A DNA stretch of 64,000 nt from Mobula hypostoma. Taxonomy: Eukaryota. Below are positions 1 to 12,010 of this stretch, in pieces. The stretch lies in contig NC_086108.1 in assembly GCF_963921235.1 (NCBI RefSeq), positions 25,916,001-25,980,000 on the forward strand, read 5' to 3'. The position numbers were made by a program, and so were the translations under genes. Below the pieces are notes generated by a model, which saw only the letters and a list, made by a program, of their open reading frames with translations, had not been told where the DNA came from and did not search any database. Within the stretch, counting starts at the first letter, position 1; each line of letters begins with the position of its first letter.

Positions 1-81
1 TCTATGATTTCACGCTGAGTGTACCAACGATACTACCAACTGTACCCATGTTTATGTTAGATCTTCCTGTTTCCTTACCAA

Positions 82-360
82 GAATTTTCCACCACTCTGC
101 TAGTCATACCATTGACCGTGTCCATTCACAATTCTCCACCACTCTGCTGGTTGGGCCTTTGAGCATGTCCATTTACAATTCTTCACCACTCTTCTGGCCA
201 GGCCTTGACTGTGTCCAGTTACAATTCTCCACCACTCTGCTAGTCATGCCATCAAACATGTTCATTTACAATCCTCCACCACTCTGCTGATCGTATCCTT
301 GACTATGTTCATTTACAATTTTCCTGCACTCTGCTGGTTGGGCCCTTGACAATGTCCACG
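82..360. repeat. Degenerate ~46-bp minisatellite, about 6 units
   Basis: A unit like (t)tacaattctccaccactctgctg-(n)-ttga-(n)-tgtcca recurs about every 46 nt. It explains the repeated FSTTLLV in ORF 48..290. Confidence 0.8.
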
Positions 361-638
361 GCCAACTTACAACCTTTTCCCTCTCCCATCGAGAACTGCA
401 GCAGGTTTTCCCTTATCCTTTCTCTCCACCACATTCCACAGATGCTATGTGCACCAAATATACTTTCCTCTTTCTTTCTCTTACAGCATTTTAATGTACT
501 GTTTATTGCTGGCGTAGGTTGCTGCTCGGTTATAACCAACAGTCTGTCCTCACATATCCCCTGCATGCACAAGTCGCTCATTCTGGATTCCAAACAGTCC
601 TTCCACATCAGACAGCAATTTGGCATTTACTTCTTTCC

Positions 639-1215
639 AGAATCAGAATCAGGTTTAATATCACCAGCATATGTCATGATATTTATTGTCTTTGTGGCTG
701 CAATATAATGCAATGCATAATAATAGAGAAAAGACTGTGAATTACAGCAAGTATAGATTTTAAACAGTTAAGTTGAATAAGTAGTGGAAGAATTTTAAAA
801 AGTAGTGCGGTAGTGTTCATGGGTTCATACTCCATTGAAAAGTCGGATATCTGAGGGGAAGAGCTGTTCCTGAATCAATGAGTGTGTGTCTTCCTGTACC
901 TCCTTCCTGGTGGTAGTAATGAGAACAAGGCATGGCCTGGGTGATGGGGGTCATGATGGATGCCACCCTTCTGAGGCATCGCTCCTTGCAGGTGTCCTGC
1001 ATACCTTGGAGGCTAGTGCCCATGATGGAGCCAACTAATTTTATAACTCTCTACAGCTTATTTCAATCCTGTGCAGTAGACCCCCAACCCCACATACCAG
1101 ACAATGATGCAACCAGTTAGAATTCTCTCCACGGTACATCAGTAAAATTTTTTGAATGTTTTTGTTGGCATACCAAATCTCCTCAAACTCTCAGTGAAAT
1201 ATAGCTGCTGTTGTG
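639..1215 (-). mobile_element. Rex1/Babar-type LINE 3' fragment
   Basis: The agaatcagaatcagg tail is (TCTGAT)n on the minus strand. ORF 817..1023 (ERCLRRVASI) matches the C-terminus seen in the other copies in this window. Confidence 0.75.
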
Positions 1216-1669
1216 TCCATGTTGACCATTTCATTTATTATTCATATTTCTGTCTTTTCCACAAAAGGAAAACCAAATGCAAATGTGGTTATTGTTCTTT
1301 CTAAATGTATCCGTTCTGTCTGGCCCTGACATTCCAGTGCTGACATTTTTCCCCAGTAACAGATCTGAGAGTATTTCTGCTACTTTCATTTACACTTCCT
1401 GAAAAACTCACTTTTGCCTCTTTTGAATTGAATGGCCTTTACCTTTGTCAGTTCATCACTGCAGTTCTTCTGTTCGATTTTCTCTTCTTCTCACCCCTTT
1501 CCCTTTCTCTGCACTTGAGTAAAACTTGATGTACATCTCACATTTCCCCAGTTCTGATGCAAAGTTATTAATCTGAAATTTAAATCTGTTTTCCCTCCAC
1601 AGAGACTGAGGGATCCATTAAGTATTTCAAAAATTTGCAATGCTCTTCTGTATATTTCCTTCTGACAGC

Positions 1670-1925
1670 TTTTCTTTCTCCATCTCCCTCTCTCTCTCTC
1701 TCTGGTACTTCAAGTTTTTGAGTCTCTCTGTCTCTCTCGGTTGATGCATGGCATTCTATATTAAAATATAGGTCTCTCTATCTTTTTTTACAGCTCTCCT
1801 TTGTTCCCCTCCAACTACTTGAATCTCAATCTCTCTCTCTCTCTCTTCCCCCTTCTCCCTCTCCCTGTCCCTCTGTCCCTTTCTCTCTCTCTCTCTCTCT
1901 ATCTCTCCACATGTAGCTCTCTCAG
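1670..1925. repeat. CT-rich microsatellite / low-complexity tract
   Basis: Several (CT)n runs, seen directly. Confidence 0.85.
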
Positions 1926-2872
1926 TCATTGTACAGTTCTGCTTTTGTGTCGAGGGTAGCCATTACTATCTGTGTGTGGGTGGCTTGCCTAATAATATGT
2001 AGCTCCCGCTGGAAGGGATTGCAGCTGTCACTCTCTGTTAACACGCATCCCTCCCAATCAGTGGGTAGCTCCTTCTATCATGATACATGGCCCTTTAACT
2101 TGGCATGGAAATTTCTATTTTAATAGAGGGTCTATGACTTAAAACAGTGTCACTGTTTTTCTCTTTCCACAGGTACTTCTTGACTTGCTGATTATTTCAA
2201 GCATTTTCTGTTCTTATGCCAGATTTTCAGCACCAGCATTTATTTTGGTTTATCATTGATTCCGGTGCACACTCACAAAGAACAGTTGAATCAAATTAAT
2301 TTCACATTTGTACAAAATGGATTGCTAAAAGCAGAAAGAAGCTGCAGATTTAAGCTGTTCAAGACATGTCTGGTCATATTGCATATTCAAAGCAAAATCA
2401 GTGAATGCATAGAAGCAAAAATAATGGGCAACTGATAAAGAATCCTTCAAGTAGGTTAAGGTATCACCTCTGTGATAGCTGAGTACTCCCAGAACATATG
2501 GAAGAGGTTCACTTGACATCAACAGATATCAATATTCATAACTTTAATCTTCAATATCTGGGGAAAGTCAGATATGATTAATGCAACACGAAACACATTT
2601 CAAGCATAGCTTCACAGAGATTTAATGGGCATTGACCCACGGTGACAATCTCCAAGGTACCTCATCAATTGTACATCCTTGCTCCATCTCCCACTTGTCC
2701 TGAATAGCTGCAATATGATTGTAACTTGTTGGTAGAAGACTGGAATGTAAATGAATTTCACATCATTTATCTACTAGACTAGCTGGCACAGGTCTTCCCA
2801 TTGAGTAATATGAATCTTGGCTCATCTCAGACTGATCAGGAACTCTGCCAGTGTGCAGTTATCCTTTGCACC

Positions 2873-3055
2873 AACACAAAGTGCTGGAGGAGTTCAGGAC
2901 TCAGGCAACACCTGTGGAAGGAAGTGGACAGTTGGTGTTTCATGTCAAGACCTCCAGATGAAGGTCTATTTATTCTCTCCATAGATGCTGCCCAACAACT
3001 GAATTCCTCCAGTGCTCCATGTATTGCTCCAGATTCCAGCATCTGCAGCCTCTCC
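2873..3055. mobile_element. Degenerate palindromic Penelope-derived element
   Basis: acacaaagtgctggagga...gatgctgccc...ttcctccagtgc...ccagcatctgca has the same architecture as 14052-14271. Confidence 0.6.
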
Positions 3056-3959
3056 TGAATCTGTCAAGCTCTCGCTGAAACTCTTTTCTGACTCTGTCCA
3101 TCTTTAGTCTTCCTTCCGCCTCGGTTGCAAATTCTGTTGACGCAGACTGATTTGAAAACTGTGGTGGGCAATAGGATGGGTCTCTGATTTCATCATCGCA
3201 TTACCATGCTTAGCCAAGTTAGGGATAAAGAACATGCAGTCCATGAAAGAGATGGAGAGATTCATTCAATATGCTCAGACCCCTTATTCAATCACCCTGC
3301 TAGAAAATGGAAGCCACAGAATTACATATATGATAGAAGAACAGGCTCTTTAATCTTTAAATCCCTCCATCTGCAACAACTCTCTGACCATTTAATCCCA
3401 TATGATTCCCATCAACTCCCCCCAAATTCTGTCACTCAAATAGATGATGGAGCCAATTTAGATTTGCCAGTCAACCAACTGAGCTGCATGTCAGACCACC
3501 TGAAGGAGATTCCCTCTGGTCGGAAGGAAAAAGTTCATATTCCATAAAGACAACACAAGTGGTCAGGATTGAATCTGAATAGCAGGAACCGTGAGGCAGC
3601 AATTCTACCTTTTGTGCCTCTGTGACACATATATAAAGACAGTTGCCTTTGGGACCTGCCACTTAATAGTTCATAAAGATCATTATACTCTGTCTATAAA
3701 AAGTATTCACCATACCCCTTTGGACGTTTTCATGTTTCATTGATTTACAACATTGAATCACAATGGATTTAATTTGGCTTTTTTGATACCAATCAACAGA
3801 AAAACACTCTTTCGTGTCAAAGTGAACACAGATCTCTACAAAGTGATCTAAATTAATTACAAATATAAAATACAAAATAATTGATTGCTTAAGTATTCAC
3901 CCCTTTCAGTCAGTATTTAGTAGATGCACCTTTGGCAGCAATTATACCCTGGAGTCCTG

Positions 3960-4892
3960 TGTGGATAGGTCTCTATCGGCTTTGCACATCTTGACACTGC
4001 AATTTTTCCCCATTCTTCTTTATAAAACTGCTCAAGTTCTGCCGGATTGCATGGGGATCGTGAGTGAACAATCCTTTTAAAATCCAGCCACAAATTCTCA
4101 GTTGGATTGAGGTCTCACTCCACGACATTAACTTCATTGTTTTTAAGCTATGCCTTTGTAGCTTTGGCTTTTGCTTGGGGTCATTGTCTTGCTGGAAATC
4201 AAATCATCTCTCAAGCCACTGTTCTCTTGCAGACTGCATCAGGTTTTCCTCCAGAGTTTCTCTGTATTTTGCTGCATTCATTTTACCCTCTATATTTACA
4301 AGCCTTCCAGGGCCCGTGGCAGTGAAGCATCTTAACAGCATGATGCAGCCATGCTGTTAAAGTGTGATTTTGGTGACGTGCAGTGTTTGGCTTATGCCAA
4401 ACATAGTGATTAGTCTGATGGCCAAAAAGCTCAATTTTGAAGTCATCAGACCCTATGACCTTCTTCCAGCTGACTTCAGGGTCTTCAGCATGCATTCTGG
4501 GAACCTCTAGACAAGATTTCATGTGACTTTTTCAACAGAGGCTTTCTCTTTGCCACTCTGCTATAAAGTTGCAACTGGTGAAGCACCCAGGCCACAGTTG
4601 TTGCATGCATAATCTCTCCCATCTCAGCCACTGAAGCTTGTAACTCCTCCAGAATTGTCATAGGTCTCTTGGTGGTCTCCCTCATTAGTCTCCTTCTTGC
4701 ACGGTCACTCAGTTTTTGAGGACAGCCTGCTCTAGTCAGATTCACAGCTGTGCTATATTCTTTCTATTTCATGATGATTGACTTAATTGTACTCCAAGGG
4801 ATATTCAGTGACTTGGAAATTTTCTTGCATTCATCTCCTGACTTTTCATTAACCTTTTCGCGAAGTTGCTGGGAGTGTTATTTTGTCTTTAT
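3960..4892 (-). pseudogene. Tc1 DDE transposase pseudogene
   Basis: Minus-strand peptides GCPQKLSDRARRRLMRE...VAKRKPLLKK (HTH/NLS), GSDDFKIELFG (first D), FQQDNDPKQK (second D) and DLNPTENLW (E). Frameshifts and stops present; start codon decayed to ATA. Confidence 0.9.
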
Positions 4893-4971
4893 GGTGTAGA
4901 TTTTGCCAGGATACTGACTCACCAGCAGTTGGACCTTCCAGATACAGGTGTATTTTTACTACAATCAATTG

Positions 4972-5246
4972 GCCGGCTGGTGGTGCAGTGAAAGCAGCTC
5001 CGGACTCCGGAGCGAAGGTTCCCGAGTTCGAATCCAGGTCGGGCCACCCCCGAGCATGCTTTCCACCTATGCCGGGTTGAGTGTCCAGCTAGCCACTCGG
5101 CCTCATAAAAAATACAAGGGTTGAGTCAGGAACATTCATAATGTGACCCGGTTAATTCTGACACCACGTACCAGCCAAGAATGGCTGAATGTCTGATACG
5201 ACATGTTTAAATCATGTTTAAATGACACGTTTAAATGCTTAAAAAG
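4972..5246 (+). mobile_element. tRNA-derived SINE inserted in the Tc1 element
   Basis: A-box-like tggtgcagtg and B-box gttcgaatcc. Tail has repeated gtttaaat and an A run. TSD ctacaatcaattg at 4959-4971 and 5247-5259. Confidence 0.85.
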
Positions 5247-5829
5247 CTACAATCAATTGAAACACCTTGACTACACACAGGTCTCAGAAAAAAATATCAG
5301 ATCTCCACTTAACTAATTATGTGACTTCTTAAACCAATTGACTGCACCAATGATAATTTGGTGTGTCATATTAAACGGGGTGAATACTTAAGTAATCAAT
5401 CATTTCTTTATTTTATTTATAATTAATTTATATCACTTTGCCATGAAAGAGTCTTTTTCTGTTGATCAGTGTCAAAATAAAGTCAAATTATATCCACTGT
5501 GATTCAATGTTCTAAGACAATAAATCATGAAAACTTCCCGGAGCGGTGGGGGGGTGGGGGGGGTGGTGGAAACTGAATACTTTTTATAAACACTGTAATG
5601 TCAAAATTCTTGACAACCCATACTCAGATGTGGAATTACTAAATAATACAGGCTTGGTGTGAATTATTTCAGTGCTAAAAGGCATAAAGTCTTTTTCTAT
5701 GGACACCATAGAAAATACTTACCTCAGATGACTTTGCCATTAGCTGCAAGAACATGGCATGGCTCAGATGTTAGGGATCTTATAATAGATTCTTGAGGCA
5801 GTGCCAATAGTGGGGGGGGGGGACGTACC

Positions 5830-6950
5830 TGTGTCGCATTGACAGAATCCACTCCTTTCTGCAGCTCCTTGCACTTCTGCATATTCAGGTTGCTGTACCA
5901 GACCATGATGCAACAGCCAATCCTCCAATGTGGACTGGCATATGTTCACCCTCCTTCTCCTTTCTGAAGTCAATGTTCAGCTCTTCTGTTGAGCTAGAGA
6001 CTGTAGTGGCACCGCTCAAACAGGTGACCTATCTCGCTCTGGTAACCTCACTCAGGTCACCACCTGTGTTGTTTCCAGATATAGTATGGTTGTTAGTGAA
6101 CTTGAAGTTGGCATTGGAGCAGTTGTAACCATACAGCTACGTGTGTGTAGACAGTAGAGCAGGGGGCTAAGCATGCAACCTTAATCAGTGAGGAAGAGGT
6201 GCTATATCAATCCCCAGGTATTGAGGTCTTCTAATGAGGAAGTTGAATATACAATTACAGAGGGAGGTGCAAAGACCCAGGACCTTAGGCTTGATGATGA
6301 GTTTGGATGGAATGTCTGTGTTGAATGTTCAGCTGTGGTCAAAGATCAGCGGCCTGATGTATTAAGTTCCTGTTGTCCAGGTAGTCCAGTACAGAGTGAA
6401 GAACCAGAGAAATTGCATCTGCTGTTGACTTGCAGTGGTGGTAGGAAAATTGGAATAGGTGCAGGTCATCTCTGAGGCAGGAGCAGATTCACACTATAAC
6501 CAACCTCTTGAAGAACTTCATTATGGTTGATCTAAGCATTTCCAGATGGGAGTCATTGAGACAGGTCACCAGGACAATATATGCCTTTTTGAAGCAGGCA
6601 AGTACCTCAGACAGCAGAAGCCAGAGGTTGAAAGTGTCTGCAAATTCTTTAGCCAGTAGGATGGCACAGTTTTTAGTACTTGGCCAGGTACGTCATCTGG
6701 ACCAGACATCTTATGTGGATTCACCCTCTTGATAGATGCCTGGATATTGGCCTCAGAGGAGATGTGGGGGCTAGCTTGGTTGTTTCAAAGTTCTCGCTAT
6801 CAAAGCACGTATAAGAGGCATTGAGCTCATGTGGGAACGGTGGTGTTAATAAACCTTCTCTGCAAAAAGCAGCTGAAATGCAAGATGGAGGCTGGGAGGC
6901 TGCACAATTATAAAATGCCATGCATGCTCTTAGATTCTGTCAGATGGAAA
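5830..6950 (-). mobile_element. Old Rex1/Babar-like LINE RT fragment
   Basis: Decayed minus-strand RT: agcagggggctaagca (reverse of the CVLSPLL region) and LQKGVDS/VWYSN C-terminal motifs. Confidence 0.6.
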
Positions 6951-7057
6951 TAAGCTTTGTAGTGGCATTCTGCCAAAGAGAAAAGTACAGCAAACCTGAG
7001 GATTTGGCATGAGATACACATCTCAGATTGGAAAACAAATATTAGCAATAATTTAGA

Positions 7058-7225
7058 AACACAAGAGAGTATACATGCTGGAATCTGTAGCAACAAACAG
7101 ACTGCTGGAGGACTGATGCAGGGTTTCAAGATAAAAATCTGTCAATTCCTGTCCCTGCTGCCTGCCACACCCCCCTCACCCCCCCATACAGATACTGCTT
7201 GAGCTGCTGAGTTCCTCCAGCAGCC
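7058..7225. mobile_element. Degenerate Penelope-derived hairpin element
   Basis: ctgctggagga...ctgatgcagggtttc...gctgagttcctccagcag. Confidence 0.55.
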
Positions 7226-7865
7226 CCCTGGCAACAAAGTATACAGGTGTTTTGCTGTGCTTTATTTTCACCTGATAATGTGAACTGAAAATTAAATTTA
7301 CAGTCTGAGAGAAGCTTGTAGTGATTAATAAACATGAATACAGTGAGACCTCTCTGAACGTTTGTTTCTAAGTTACATAAGAGATCTGATAGGAGGCACA
7401 TCAGATTCGCTGAAGGGACCAACTCCAATTGAATTAAAAGCATAACTTAGCCAATCACAACACTGGTTCTTTCCTCAAAATAATAATTCAGAGAACTCTT
7501 GCTTTGACGGCTCAACTTTTGCTTTTCTGGCTTTTATAAAGGAAACAGCTCAGAAGCAAAATGGGGGTGTGCACTCATTAAGGTGGAGCAGCACATAGCT
7601 GTGCAATCATCCCCAAGAGTGAGATCGAGGAAGCTGGATTTGTGTTTTAATCACTCTTCAATAGTTTGTGTGGGATTAGATTTCTTCACAGATATTTATT
7701 TCTTATTCACCACTGTCACAGTTCAGAGGGGACAACTAAGAGGCTGAGGCATTGCACTGTTGATTCTTATTTTAAATGTGGATGTTAATATAGTCTACAC
7801 GTAAAGACACACATCAAAGTTGCTGGTGAACGCAACAGGCTAAGCAGCATCTCTAGGAAGAGGTA

Positions 7866-7903
7866 CAGTCGACGTTTCAGGCCGAGACCCTTCGTCAGGA
7901 CTA
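7866..7903 (-). ncRNA. Minimal type-I hammerhead ribozyme motif (opposite-strand copy)
   Basis: The reverse complement of cagtcgacgtttcaggccgagacccttcgtcaggacta is identical to the 8072-8109 motif. Confidence 0.7.
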
Positions 7904-8071
7904 ACTGAAGAAAGAGCTAGTAAGAGATTTAAGAGACACTGAAGAAGTTTAAATCTTCTCTTTGACGGGAGTTCAGTGAAACCATCTCTCACTGCTCCCC
8001 ATCTGGAATTTCTTCAGCTATCTCCCCCTCCCCCTCCCACTTTTAAATCTCTTACTAGCTCTTTCTTCAGT

Positions 8072-8109
8072 TAGTCCTGACGAAGGGTCTCGGCCTGAAA
8101 CGTCGACTG
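8072..8109 (+). ncRNA. Minimal type-I hammerhead ribozyme motif
   Basis: uaguc-CUGACGA-agggucucggccu-GAAA-C-GUC/gacug: complete core, helix I (aguc:gacu), helix II, palindromic ACGU in place of helix III, predicted cleavage after 8104. Confidence 0.7.
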
Positions 8110-8402
8110 TACCTCTTCCTAGAGATGCTGCCTGGCCTGCTGCGTTCACCAGCAACTTTGATGTGTGTTGCTTGAATTTCCAGCATCTGTAGAATTCCTT
8201 GTGTCCACACATAAAGATGCTGTTGCTACATTGAGTGAAGAGGTGGATGATGAAATGCAGGACACACTATTTAATTACCTCTGTTTCAATAACATACGCC
8301 TTTCCTCATCTTAAGAATGCTACTTTCTTCCCTTTAGAGAAATTAAGAGATCCAGAATTCAATATTATGTTATGTATATGCCAACAAGGTTTGGAGACTT
8401 CC

Positions 8403-8582
8403 AACACACGCTAAATGCCAGAAGAACTCAGCAGGTCAGGCAACATCTATGAAAATGAATAAGCAGTTCAATGACTGTTTAGTTTATTCATTTCCATTGA
8501 TGCTGCCTGAGCTGTTGAGTTCCCCCAGCTTTTTGTATGCATTGCTCTGGATTTCCAGCATTTGCAAAATCCCTTGTGTTTT
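8403..8582. mobile_element. Palindromic Penelope-derived element, ribozyme core deleted
   Basis: aactcagcaggtcaggcaacatc...gatgctgcctgagctgttgagtt arms and a ccagcatttgca tail. Confidence 0.65.
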
Positions 8583-9715
8583 GGAGACTTTCAAATTTAG
8601 TAGTTGAGGAGAAGGAGAGAAAGGGTTTGTATTTCTGTAATGTATTTCACAAAACCTCAGATAGTTCACATCCAGTCCTTCTAAACTGTTGTCTCTATTG
8701 TATTTCAGAAGAGGCAGCAGGTAGAAGATGCTAAGCAAAGTAAGATTGCAAAGAGGTTTATTTTTGCGACACACATTTGATACAGGCTTAGACGGGCCTC
8801 TGTCTTTTCACTACTTAGCTGAAGCTTCAACATCAGTTCAGGCAGACAAGAAATGATCCCTGTGTTTTCATGGGTTAGAACTATCGCACATTCGTTTCAC
8901 AGACTGGTGGCTAAGTCAAACGCAGACTGAGATGCAAGTCAACAAATAGAACATAGGACCATGCAGCACTGGATCTGGCCCTTTGGCCCACGATGTTGTA
9001 CTAAGTCAATTTAGCTAACGATGCACTATGACACTAATCTATTCTGCCTGCTCATGGTCCCTATTTCTCCATTCTTATAACTATCTAAGAGTCTCTAAAA
9101 TGCCTCTACTGTCTCCACCACTTCCCCAGGTAAAAAATTCCAGGTATTCAACATTCCCTGTGTAAAAAGCTTGTCCCACATATCTTTGAACTTTGCCCTC
9201 TTGCCTTAAATGCATGCCCTCTAGTGGGGGTGGCATGGTAGCATTGTATGTCAATAAATAAATAAGTAGTTGATCCTGAGAAAAAGATGCCAGTTTTCAA
9301 ATACTTTGGAATAATCATAATTTGCAGTGGTGCAGGAGAAGCACTCTGGTGTACCTCCTGTAATATATGGATCTATTTCTTTTAGAGCAATGAACCGCAT
9401 CCCCCCTCACCCCCCCCCCCGCAGCACTATGTATTGATCTATTGTCTGTTCATGTGCATTGTTCTCTCTCGTAGCAATGTGTATACCATTAAAGTAATCA
9501 CCTGTGTGCATACTTTTATTTAATATATATGTGATTATACACAGACACAATAAATTGGCAAAGAGTACGAACCTGAATGTCAAAGAATATCACCAACTAC
9601 ATCAACAGTTATGGGACGAAATTGTGAGAGTTAAACAGCATGAGAAAGCCATCACAGGCTCTAACAAACACATGAGTAACAGCGAAAGACATGCTGAATT
9701 TAAAGTGAAAATAAC

Positions 9716-10150
9716 ATGACAGTGGTTTCAGTCGGGAAAGCTGACGAACTTGACAGCGCTAATGAAGGCTGATAGTTGTACATCAAGAGGGTGGAACTGC
9801 ATTGTAACATGAATGTGGAGGAGCAAAAGAAAGCCCCTATATTTCGTAGCTTAATGGGCCCAAGAACGTCAGTCTCTTACGCAACTTAGTAACCACTGAA
9901 AGCCAGCAAGCAAGACATTCAAAGAAATTGTTACAACTTTATGAAATCGTTCAGCCCTAAACTGCTGGTAATAGCTGAGAGATTTAGATTTTACAAAAGG
10001 AAGCAGTCAAAAGAAGAAAGCCTTTCTGAGTACATTAAAGAACTGCACAAACTTTCCCAGTATTGTGACTCTAGAGATCGACTTTCTAATGCATTAAGGG
10101 ACAGGATTAGATGTGGCATGCATTGTCAAAGCACTCAAAAGAGGCTATCA
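9716..10150 (+). pseudogene. Gypsy gag remnant
   Basis: FSPKLLVIAERFRFYKRKQSKEESLSEYIKELHKLSQYC...ALRDRIRCGM is a typical Gypsy gag segment. Confidence 0.85.
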
Positions 10151-10195
10151 TCTGTCATGCATAGAACCGCATAAACTAAAACAGATCACAAAATT

Positions 10196-10830
10196 GGGAT
10201 TGTGAAACGGGCCCAGCAGAGATTGTACTTTCTGAGGAAGCTTAAACAAGCATCACTCCCCACTAACATCTTAACTACATTCTATAGAGGCGTGGTTGAG
10301 AGTGTGCTAACCTTCTGCATCACAACCTGGTACTCCAGCTGCAGTGCTGTCGACAAAAAAGCCTTGCAGAGGGTGGTTAGGGGAGCAGAGAAGGTTATTG
10401 GGGTCTCCCTACCTTCTGTCCAAGACCTCTTTCAGAGTCCATGCCTCCAGAAGACACGGTACATCATTAAAGACCCCTCACACCGTCTCCATGAACTGTT
10501 TGTTCTTCTGCCATCAGCCAAACGTTACAGGAGCATCAAAACTAAAACCACAAGGCTACTAAACAGCTTCCTCCCACAGGCAGTCAGACTGCTAAATTGC
10601 TGCTCCACCTGACTCTGCTTTGGACACTTTTAACTTGCACTGGACACTTATAACTGATTTTAACTGACATGTGGCTGTTGTGTTTTACTATTTATTGTTA
10701 TGTTTATTATTTTGTGTTGCGTTTGTTATGTTATGATTGCACTGTCCCTGAGAAACGCTCTCTCATTCTGCCCTGCAGAGCTGATGTACGGTTAGAATGA
10801 CAATAAAGTTTTTTGAATCTTTGAATCTTT
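10196..10830 (+). mobile_element. Rex1/Babar LINE 3' fragment inserted in the Gypsy element
   Basis: ORF 10202..10612 KRAQQRLYFLRKLK...SFLPQAVRLLN (C-terminal domain), then aataaa and a (ttgaatct)n tail. Confidence 0.88.
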
Positions 10831-12010
10831 GAAAATCATCTGCATCACCATGGACGTGTCTGGTGTAAGCCTGAAAATAGATGTGGATACAGGGTTACCT
10901 TTGTTCATAATTTCAGAGGCTGACTACATCAGACTGTTTTCTGTGATGCCATTAGAGAACACCTCAGTGATGCTGAAGACTTACATGGGTGAAGAAGTGT
11001 CTACCAATGGCAAACTGAAAGTAAATGTAATGTATGGAGGGCAAACTCAACAGTCAGAGCTTTATGTATTAAAAAGTGGAGGGCCAGCACTTTTCGGACA
11101 TGAGTTGTTGAGAAAAATCCAACTAGACTGGCACTCAGTCAAAGCTCTCAGTGTGACATCAACAGGCAATGGCAGCCCAAATGGTAGCACTAACCAGAGA
11201 TTGTCACAGCTGCTTAATGCTAATGAGAAGGTGTTTGAGAAGGGAATAGATAAACAGATCGAAGACTTTGCCAAAGGCTGTTCGGAATGCCAAACAAATT
11301 CAAAATGCACCCCTACAGGCACTGTACACTCTTGGGAGTGGCAATCTTCACCATGGCAATAAGTACATATTGACTTTGCTAGGCCATTCATGGTCTCCGT
11401 GTTTCTGATTGCAGTGGGTGCTCATTCGAACTGCCCAGAGGTTATATCAATGATGTCAACCACCCTAGCAAAGACTGTCTCTGCTCTGAGGATGATCTTT
11501 GCCAGAAGCAGCTTACCAGAACGAATTGTGAATGACAACAGACCCCAATACACATCAGAAGAATTCTGACTGTTCATGATGAGAAATGGCATCAGACATT
11601 TCAAGTCAGCTCCCCACCAACCAGTTAGCTGAAAGGTTTATCCAAAATCTTCAAGAAGCCCATTAAAGTGATGGACAAGAAGGACATTCATCTACAGCGC
11701 AAGGTGGACAACTGCCTTTTTGTCTATCAGAACTCTGTTCACGCGATGACAAATCAAAAACCTGCAATGCTGTTCGTAAGCAAGAATCTGAGATCTTGCA
11801 TAGACCTCCTGAAACCAGACCTCCGGAGGGAAGTACAAAATGTTCAGCCAGTTGCCAAGTGAAGCAGCAAGGAGCTTTGAGATTGGACAGGAAGTCCTAG
11901 CGCATGATTAACGAGAAGAAGCGTGGACACCAGTAGGATAGCTACAAGAACTGGACCATTGATTTACACAGTGGATGTTGGAGATCAGACATGGAGACAT
12001 GAAGTCATCA
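10829..12010 (+). pseudogene. Gypsy aspartic protease fused to integrase remnant
   Basis: IDVDTG protease motif, then GIDKQIEDFAKGCSECQ (zinc-finger end), PWQ*VHIDFARPF and RIVNDNRPQYTSEEF (integrase core). Confidence 0.88.

Larger units (their letters stand above)
3688..5595 (-). mobile_element. Tc1-like DNA transposon, IR/DR type, inactive
   Basis: TA flanks at 3686-87 and 5596-97. TIRs of ~220 bp (3688-3906 and 5373-5595), each containing an inner repeat of aagtattca. Contains a decayed transposase. Confidence 0.92.
7808..8202. mobile_element. Penelope-like inverted pLTR insertion
   Basis: Near-perfect ~125-bp inverted repeat (7808-7932 vs 8043-8168). Flanking TSD gtctacacgtaaaga (7793-7807) vs gtccacacataaaga (8203-8217). 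Confidence 0.8.

Noticed and set aside
82..360. CRISPR-like repeat-spacer array
   Set aside because: The variable parts are short and homologous, the repeats are degenerate, the context is eukaryotic and there are no cas genes.
4971..5046. tRNA gene
   Set aside because: It continues into a SINE body and tail and is bounded by a TSD; a related copy lies at 21900-22118.
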